Below, piece after piece: positions 54,338 to 64,000 of a DNA stretch of 64,000 bases. Position 1 is the stretch's first letter; each line of letters opens with the position of its first letter. The stretch comes from Chrysomallon squamiferum (Eukaryota > Animalia > Mollusca): the NCBI GenBank assembly GCA_012295275.1, contig CM022670.1, forward strand, positions 36,270,001 through 36,334,000, read 5' to 3'. The notes under the pieces were generated by a model. That model was not told where the DNA came from. It did no database searches and saw only the letters and a program-made list of their open reading frames with translations. Both the position numbers and the translations under genes were made by a program.

Positions 54338-54851
54338 CATTTCATGCTAGGTATCACTGTGCTGAATTTTACATGGTAATAAAATTACAATTCTATCAGT
54401 GATTCTTGTCTTTGGCAGCAATTCCTCTTCATGGCACTGTGAAACCACAGAGGTATGGTTAATACAATACATTTGGACAGTATAAATGCTTATAATTTTA
54501 TAACATATTCCACTGTACTTCTGTGACCAGTATAAAATTTACTCTGTTTGTGTGCACACTTTGAAAATGATTTGGAAAGGGATGCTGAAAAAGAAAAGAA
54601 TCTTTGTCACGTGTGTCGTAACTCTCTTTACAAAGAAACCAAGTAAGTCTTGTATCCCTTTTCATTCAGATATTTTAATTATTGAACTATCAGTTAAATC
54701 TTGATATAGTACTTGTGGTGGCAAATTTATATTTTGACAATGGAGATAACCCTACTTGATTCTGGTGATGTATTGTATTTTTCTGTGTAACGTATTCTGA
54801 GCTGTTATTCTACTTGATGAAAGAAACCAATATATTTATATTCAATATAAA

Positions 54852-54885
<34 letters not shown>

Positions 54886-57800
54886 ATTCAAATAATTTTT
54901 CTGGTGTATGGTATTTAAGAAAACTCATTGTGAATTTGTACTGACCATTTAACAATTTTCATTATCTTATGTTTTCAAAAGTTTATTAATCTGTTTTGAA
55001 TTCACCAAATGCATATCATTTTGTCAGTGCTTATTTATCTGTGTTCTTGAACTGTAACTTTTATTGGGTTTTTCAATAAACAAATTTCCTAGCAAAATCT
55101 ATATATAAACATTTTGTAGAAATTAATCTTTTTACAGTATGATTTAAAAAAAAGTTAAAATAAAGTTTAAGAAAATCCTGTATAATTTCCTTTATTGTTC
55201 ACTATACCTGTTTTTTTTTTCAAATACTACATGAAACAAAGAAAATTCATTATTTTCTCAGAATATTGTAACAGTCATAAAAATATGTTGCCATTAAAAC
55301 GTCATTCACAGAAGACACAATACATCAAGTATTATGACACAGAATAATAAAAGAATTTGCTATGGAAATTGGAAAAACGAAAAATTTGTTTCTTTGTATA
55401 ATAGCGTAATAATGTTCTGCAGTTGTTCTGAATAAACTGTGGGCGGAATTGAAGGATGATAAAGAAAAGTGCAAAACACAAGACAAACGTTGGGCCAAGT
55501 CAGTAACTTTATTTGTTTTACAGGATGGATTTAATAACTATAACAGAACTTCAGTCTTACATTTTATGTTCTAAATGTAACTTTATACATACATTTAATC
55601 TTTTAAAAGTCCTGAGATTTGGAAACAGTGAAAAATAAAATAAATATAAAAGAATCCATGTCAGCCAAAAAAAAAAAAATTTGCTCAGTTTAGCAGCAGC
55701 TTTTTTTATTTTTTTATTTTTTTTTTTTGTACAAGAAATAATTGGAATCTGTATAATGGCATCCATCTATTTGAGTGAATAATGGAGAAAAGAATTCATT
55801 TTTTGTTCTTATTGGAAACAAAATGATTCATGTAAATTTGTATTGATAACCTACTCTTGCATTCAGCTGGAAAGTAAAATCATTTTGGTTTTTCATATCC
55901 TTTTCCTTTTTCTTTTTTTTTTAAATAAAAAGAAGAAAAGAAAAAAAATAAAAAAGAAAGAAAAATCTGCTTGTTCCGCGAATTATGCTTAAAACACAAT
56001 ATTGATTAGAACACATGCATGCTTCTTCATTAATTCTATGTCCCATGCCTTGTTTATCTTCTAGAAACCTTGTTATCCTGAAGGTAATGGCTGTTGCCGT
56101 ATCTCTAACTGGTCAACTTCAGGATTTTGTCCTGATAAATGTGGCCACATGTGCCTAAGCAGTGTTTTAATTTGTGTGTTTGTCCTGAAACATCATTAGT
56201 TATTGTTCACTCAGTTTAATTGGCTGTTTAAGTGGACAGTGTTACGAGCTGAGAATAATCTTGCAACTAACTAACAGTCTGATGATTACTTTGGTTTCTC
56301 AGATGACATTTTCGTCAAGATTCTCAACTTTGAAGGTCAATCTCAAGATGGCCGTAATCAGAACAAACTATTGTGAGAAATAATTACCACAGTTTCACTT
56401 TCATTAGCATTGGAGGCTGCAAAATTAATAGAAGACATATTGATATAGGTTATACTTCCCTAATTCTAATGGTGTGACTAAATTCTGAGATCAAGATATC
56501 AAAATGGTGACTCCAATCCAGACCTAATAGATAAGGTAACATCACTTTATTGAACCTTGTCTTTACAAAATCCACTAACTTATTAACACTCTACCCAGAG
56601 TTGATGGTGTGGGTAAAACTCTATGCCAACTCTTCTGTTTAACACATTTTTTAAACTATCATCTTTCTTCCAGAGTTGTTAAAGACTGTAAAACCTTTTT
56701 CATACACGTTATCGCTTTCACAGCTATAATTAGACATTTGAAGTTCAGTCCTATTTTTGCAGCAATGATTTTTTTTTTCTCACTCAGTCCACTCAATCAT
56801 GTTTTAATGAGCCAACTGTGTCCTTTCCTATTCCAGCTCCATGATATCAGTTTTTGTTTTTAAATTTTTCAAAAATACGTATAGCCAACATAGGAATTGA
56901 TCTCCCTTGATCATGCAACAAAGATGTATTTTTTTCACTCTTTTATTTTATTTTTTATTTTTTATTTTGTGGGTGTTATTTCATGATTTGTTTTTAAGTA
57001 GAAACTGTAAATAAAATATATAATAACAACTTTAAACAAAAAGAAGAAAGAAAAATGGAAAGAAAAAAATTGTTTGTTCAGAGAATTATGGTTATAACAC
57101 AATATTGATTACAATGGGGACATATTTGAACAAGATTAAACAACAATTTTTTTTTTTTTTTCACTTTGTTGTGTACAAGCAGATGTTTCAACTATCTTAT
57201 CTTGATGGCTAATTTCATTACAGACTTTGTTTTATCTATAATTCACTTATCAAGTAAATCATTTAAATGCAAGTTTTCTGTTCTTCTTGACTTTATTTTT
57301 GACATCACCGTTCTTGTAGATAATGCAAACAGAATGCCCCCGACTTTGTCTGAAGTTACTGTCTTCAACAATAATGCACATTTATTGATTTAATTTGGGA
57401 CTGTCCCCTGAGTATACTTAAATGGCAAAAGGTTAAATCATAGAGGGCGAAAGAGAAAATTTCATTTTCTGACCAAACAATCATTCTGTTAACCAAATGA
57501 GCTGCATGATGCATATCAAGGAAACATCATTTTTCTTTTATTGAAAAGGAAAAACAATAACAAAACAAAAAAAAAAAAAAAAAAAAATGTTTTGTGAATT
57601 TTTTGAGACTTGACCTCAATATTTCCTATCTTATAAAACTATTTACTGTTCCACAACTTCACATGAATGCAGACCACACCGTTTTTCTGTCAGTCAGCAA
57701 ATTCAGTTTATTCAGTTTTCCTAAAATTGTTGCCAAACTTAAATTAAACAGCACACGAGGACACATTTTTCAGTAGGTTTATTTCTGTTTCATAGACAAT

Positions 57801-60149
57801 GAATGATCCACCACAGTTTGAATCTAGTTCAGTTCAATTTTTAAAATACAAATATGAATTTCTTTTGTTCTGAAAAACTAATTTTGATTTCAACAAAAAA
57901 TATTAATAAAAACTAAAACACATTGTAGCTATTTAATTCTTCTAATTTTATCTTAATTAATGAGAACACGGTTATAGATTTTTTTAAACTGATGTATGTC
58001 TCTAAAGACACATATACAAATTAATTTTATTAATTACATTATGAAAGCATGATATGTATGTATGTGGGCCATTCGTATATTTGAAACAGTTATCATACAT
58101 GATAACCAAAAAAAAATATTTGATACTTTTTTCTTTTAATCATCATCATTATTATTGTTATTATTATTAACTTTTGAATTAATTTATTTTATTACAGTTT
58201 TATTAATATTATATTTATTTATTTATTTTAATTTAATTATTTTAATTTAATTTTGTTTTATTTTATATACACATACTTTTGTTTGCATGGCACAATTTTT
58301 AATAAACAGCCAAAATTCAAGAAGTTAAATACCGGATTAAAAAAAACAAAATTCTCAAAATAGTTTATTGTTTAATCTTGGTCATTGATTTGCTTTCCTT
58401 TGCAACAAAATTAATATCTGTGCAATGCAGAAAGTGAGGGGGAGCAAAAAGATCATTTAAAAAAAACAGACTGATATCACGGATATTAAACTTTACAACT
58501 AAGCTACCAGGCTCTTTGAAATAAATGAATTCCTGGTCTAATTTGATATCATGTCCAGACTATATGTTCACAACAGTGTTATTAAACAAAGCATAAAAAA
58601 CAGCTCAGGGGTCAAACAAGTTTACAGTGAAGTCAATCTGTCTCACTCTGATGTCTCTCTCTCTGTCTCTGTTTCTGTTTCTGTCTGTTTGTCTGTCTGT
58701 CTGTCTCTCTATCTATCTATCAAAACATCTGTCTGCCTATCTATACATATGTCTGTATGTCTACCCCTCCATTTTTGACTTTGGCACTCAGGTCTCTCTC
58801 TAGCTATTGCTCTCTAATAGTTTTTCTTTCTGTTTTTTTTTTTCTCTCACCTCTCTCTTTGTGTAATTTTTTTGCTACACTTTCTCTTTGACATTATCTA
58901 TTACTCACTGTGTGTGTGTGTGTGTGTTCAGAGCTGTTCATGATAGTCAAACAGATCCCAGCATCAACTTCAAGAAGTGTAACCTGTCCAGCAGATAAAT
59001 AATCAACTTGTTTCCCCCCAAGACAGTTGTCTCTGATGCACAATCTGGGAAAATTTGTTTATCTGCGTTAGATTGCTAAGTCTTTATTTAGGACTTATGG
59101 GAGTGTGTATCAGCTTTATCAATGACAATTTGATACTAATTGTAATAGCAAGAGCAGATTGTGTGGCTATTTGTACCCAGCGGTGTATCCATTCCGAAGG
59201 AACTCATCCTACTGTGGAAACCAATTTGGCTTGATAAATATCTTTTTGCTCTGTTATCAGTTCATCTGGACAGTCTTCTTAACATGTTTTCTCTTTTTTT
59301 GATTTTGTGTGTGTGTGTATGTATGTATTTATGTATGTATGTATGTAATCATGTTTGTTTTTGTGTATATATGAATGTATTAGTGCATGTATGTACATAT
59401 GCATACACACATAAAGATAAAAAAAAGTTAATGCCTAGCATTAATACATAAATCTTTATAATCATATTTGTTGTTTGTCTGTTTTCTATGAAGTCATATC
59501 TGTTTCATTTTTTTTGCAGACATTATCAGTTTCGCAATAAAACTAATTCTATTTGTTTACTGTAGGTTAGGGTCAGGCTTACAAACCGGATATATTTTCT
59601 GTAACAAGTACAAAATTATTAACAGATTTTATTTTTCATTGCTGGTGTCACTGATTCATAGCTTTGTTTACCAAACAGCCATGTTGTGTAGAATCCATTT
59701 CCATCCAGAAAAATCATTTCCTCTTTAATTTATTAACAACTCTGGTTTCTTTGTTATAATACAATCCGAGTATTACATATCACATATCAAGATTTAAACA
59801 AATATATTTTACTAAATAAAGAAAATGCATTCACTGGTTGGAAAAAGTATAGTTTAATTTAACAAGTTATATTTAAAATGCTCTAAAAAAAATTATCTGT
59901 GGTCTGAACAAATAAATAAATGAACACATGAAATGAAATGAAATGAAATAAAATAACATAAAATAAAATAAAATAAAATAAAATAAAAAAATAAAAAAAT
60001 AAAACAAAATGAAATGAAATTGCTGCAAACAAACAAAAAAAAAAAAAAAAAAAATCCAGTGTGTATGATAATTCTGTTAAAAATACCAGGAATTCAGTTG
60101 GCAGTAATAAAGAATTATTAATCTAGAAACACTTCAAAATGCTGTTAAA

Positions 60150-60720
60150 TCATGCTGTGAATTTAAGGGTTTCCTTTCACTGAAGAATATATTTGAATAA
60201 TACAAAGTGAAGAAGTAAATTCTTCTGGTTTTACATTCACTGGATGCTGAAAAAATGGAAGCCAGTTTCAATGGTACAGCTGCAATATGAATTTAATGGT
60301 TTCCTTATATTGTAATAAATATTTTTTTACAAAGTTAAAATTTTGTTTTTATTGTTACATAATGACTGGACATAAGAATTACCAATTTCAGTGGTATTAT
60401 GAATTTAAGGACTTCCTTTCATTGAAATATATTTAAAAAAAATACTAAATAAAAAGTAAATTTCTTATGATTATATAAACATTGGACAGAGAAGTATCCA
60501 GCACTATTGGTATAATGAATTTAAGAGTTTCCTTTTGCTGGAACACATATTTAATTAAAAAAAAAAAAAAAAAAAAAAAATTAGAAAGAAAAAGAAAAAT
60601 TTTGTACTGTTTTACAATGATTGGACATATAAAAATAGCAACTTCGTTTCCTTTCGCTGAAAAATACATTTAAAAAAAAAAAAAAATACAAAGCAAAACG
60701 GAACATTCTAGTTATACAAT
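60150..60720. repeat. Degenerate ~120-130 bp tandem repeat (about 5 units; an outlier unit near 61310)
   Basis: The anchor tgaatttaaggg-tttcctttcactgaa recurs near 60158, 60288, 60400, 60516, 60646 and 61314, mostly followed by an A-tract and aa(a)ttcttxtgxttxtaca..ttgga. Confidence 0.75.
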
Positions 60721-62929
60721 GATTGGTTTATACCAACAGGATTTAAAAGCCAGTGGAATCAAGTTCTGCAGGTGAAATATGATACCTGTTGTTTAGAAGT
60801 TTATTGTAATCTGAACTTGATTGTCACAGGTTGGTCTGACTAGAGATAGACCAGTTCACCTTCGTCTGCACCAGACACAGCAAGCACTGGTAAGATATTT
60901 AGTTGCAGAGATATTCTTGTTTTAATTGGAATGTTAATATTATATAAGTCTGGCTTCAGTTTAATGACTGGCTTTGTTGTTTTAAATATGAAATTATTAT
61001 CATAATTTATAGTGGTAAGTCGAAGATGTAGATTTAGTGGTATAGAGATATTCTTGTTAATAATTGCAAAGTCACTAAATGGTATAAATAATGTCTCAGG
61101 ACATATTTAATTTTTGAAATTACACTGTACAGTTAATGTTTCACTTTTAAAACTGAATGGAATTTTTGCAATGTGGATTAAAATAGAAACAGATAGAGAC
61201 AACTTTTCTTTAACCATGCATAACATAATCGACAGTTAAACAAGTTCATTTTAATCAAATAATCAATTAACCATTAAGCAATTTCTTTTGATTTTAGCTG
61301 TGACATGCATTTTAAATTTAAAGGTTTCCTTTCACTGAAGAGCACATCATTTTTAAAAAAGGTAGAAGAAAAATCTTTATGATTATAATGCTGGAAGTGT
61401 ATAAAAGGAAACAGTAATGATCAATCAACCACTGATGGCTAAATCGTGTGTTTTGCTGCATCATTGAACAAGCACACATAATTACGTAACAGTTAACAAT
61501 GAACTGCGTACTTCATAAATCTGAACTGTTAATTAACTTGGTATAAAATTAAATTTCATAACTTCTGTGAATGTAATAATAACTTGGCAATCAAAGGATG
61601 TGCTGATTTCCTTCATATTTAATATGAAAACTTAGAAATACAGTCCAGAGACATTGCTAAATGAGCCATATTTTGAATCTTATTTTAGTACAGCAAATAT
61701 TTTGATATCTTTTTAAAAAAATGTTCTTGTTAATAACTGTACATTTTGTTTATGTTTTAAAACATAAACTTTAATAAGTGTGTTAAATGTTTGTTTAAAA
61801 TAAGAGAAAAATACAATATCAAGAATCGCAGCAAAATAACCATAATAATGGTTTTAATAGTAATGTTGTTGTTGATTATACTGTTCATTTTATTATAATT
61901 ATTCTTCATAATGTTATTCTCATTACCATTTTTATTTGTTGTTGTTACTGTTGTTATTATTGTTGTTGTTGTGGTGCCAGTAGTGCTAAGTGGATTGAAA
62001 ATACAATTGAATTTGATCTGCAAACAACAGCAATAAAAAGAAATTTATTTGATTTAGAAATCCATACTTAGACAATTTTCTTCTTAAATGTCTGTGCCAG
62101 TATTACTGTAATTCCACTTAACCAGTGTACACTTCTCTTACACCAAACACAAATCAAACTGAAGTCTTCTAGTCTGCCAGGAATCAGCAATTATGACAAA
62201 AATAATATAACTAAGAAGCACAATAATCCACTGATAAGAAAAAATAACAAATGAGTTTTGAAGGTTTTTTTTCAGGAGGATTCATAAAACAACAGAAGAA
62301 TTTTTATAAATATTTATTATATAATAGAGTTATTGTAATAATTAAAAAAACATATGTACTAATGAAGACTGCAGTGTTTTAATAGTAAATTGTTGAGTAA
62401 CAAATACTTAAACTGATTATTATAGCAATGGTTGTTATCTTCTAAGTGTAATAGTGTGATTTAGAAGTGATTTTTACATTAAATAAACTTTATTACAACT
62501 TCATTCAAAATAATTTTTGAGAAATGTCTTGAAATCCTTTCATATAGTTCTACAATATTTTACAAGATTTATTCAAAACATAATTACATTCAGTTAATCA
62601 TAATGAAAGAAAATGTTTTTAAATGATTTTTTAATTTTGTTACGTTTTTTGGTTTTATTTTTTATATATATGTAGATACAGATGTATATAAATACTATTT
62701 TTTAATCTGTTTAATTTTATTTACTTTTTTTTTTTTTTTTATAAATGTTTAAATTGATTCGTAAATGCATTCATATATTTTTTATTTATCCTTAATCCTT
62801 TCCTTAGTTATTTTAATTTACAAAAAAGTAACTGATTCATTGATCCATTCGCTTATTCTTTCTTTTCTTTATTTTTTTCTTACTCATTATTAAAAATAAA
62901 TATATAAACAAATAAACAAACAACAACAA

Positions 62930-63402
62930 CAACGACTTTTTGTCTATTTTGTATTCGCTAGTCCCAGTCTCATCTTGTTTACTTTTCTCTTCTAATCACC
63001 GACAATCTTGACCAAACACACTCACCATGTTAGCGAGTTGTCACAGAACTTTACAACGTATGCCAGTTCTTAGTCGTAAACGTGTGTGTGCTCTCGTACA
63101 CAAACAACGTTACCGCAGGATAATCTTTCCCGTCGTAATACTGCCTCCTCTAAGATGCTGCTAGGACTCGCTTTGGAGCCGCGACCGTCGTTGTGCAAGA
63201 TGTTTCAGATCAAAACGTGTAGGCATAGTCTTATCTCAGCGTAGATCGCACATTCTCGCTGTGTGGTGTCTTTTACTTGTAGACCACATCACATCATTTT
63301 GTGACGAAGTCTTTATTAAGTCTAATATCAGTAGAGGTGCGTAAATATTCATGCAAACTGGAGACGTTCGTGAAGATGATTTTATATTTCTTTTGGGTAA
63401 AG
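62930..63402. promoter_or_regulatory. CpG-rich promoter-like island, possibly bidirectional, with candidate first exons on both strands
   Basis: Appears to have the highest CpG density in the window. Minus-strand donor AACATG|GTGAGT at 63025 and plus-strand donor AAG|GTAGGT at 63403 face away from each other. Confidence 0.6.
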
Positions 63403-64000
63403 GTAGGTACTAAGTTAATAATTTTTAATTCTTATTTATTTATTTATTTTTAAATTTTAGAAATCACATTTGTTTTAGTTGGAAAAGAGATTAGAACAAC
63501 AACAACAACAACAAAATAACAAATAAAAACAGTAAAAAAAAAACCTCCACATTTTAAAAATGTAAAATATTATTTTGAAAGTACTTAGACTTCTTTTTTA
63601 AATTTAAAATTGTTTTTATTTATTATTTATTATTATTATTATTATATATATAATTTTTAGAATTGCATTTTTCAAAATGTGGAAATTGGATTTGAATTTT
63701 TTTTTAAAAACTGTTTTTGGAATTCTTATTTTTAAGTCTTAGATAACAATGTGTCAACTGAATGAACAATAAATTTAATTTTGTGATTTTTTTTTTATTA
63801 AAATATGTTTTTTTTACATTTTCACTCTCATAATAAGTGTTATTACTAAAACTGAAAATTTTGTTTAATATAACAGTGTCAAAATCTGATTGATATACAA
63901 ACATTTTTTTTCCATTTGTGAAAAAAAAAAAAAAAATTAATAGTAATAATAATACTAAATTAAAAAACCACCCAAAAACCCCAACAACATTAAATAGTAA

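Overview
Very AT-rich, microsatellite-rich, intron-containing animal genomic DNA. It is probably molluscan or gastropod, judging from recalled SINE family sequence (low certainty). The left 34 kb holds four multi-exon genes in tandem on the minus strand: a TRPM-family channel (5' part only, running off the left edge), SLC30A9/ZnT9, an MGST2/LTC4S-like MAPEG enzyme and BBS7. I reconstructed their exons by hand from splice sites and reading-frame phase. The most notable feature is in BBS7: two homologous exons of exactly 100 nt, both phase 1-2 (29697-29796 and 28714-28813), that cannot be spliced together in frame. They look like a tandem-duplicated, mutually exclusive exon pair at the beta-propeller/coiled-coil junction. 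The right 29 kb has no recognisable coding exon. It contains a decayed PIF/Harbinger-like transposase, SINE remnants, minisatellites, CpG-retaining enhancer-like patches, a pre-miRNA-like hairpin, and a CpG-rich promoter-like island near 63 kb with an orphan ATG|GTGAGT first exon on the minus strand. Most ORFs in the supplied track are spurious low-complexity ORFs or exon read-throughs.
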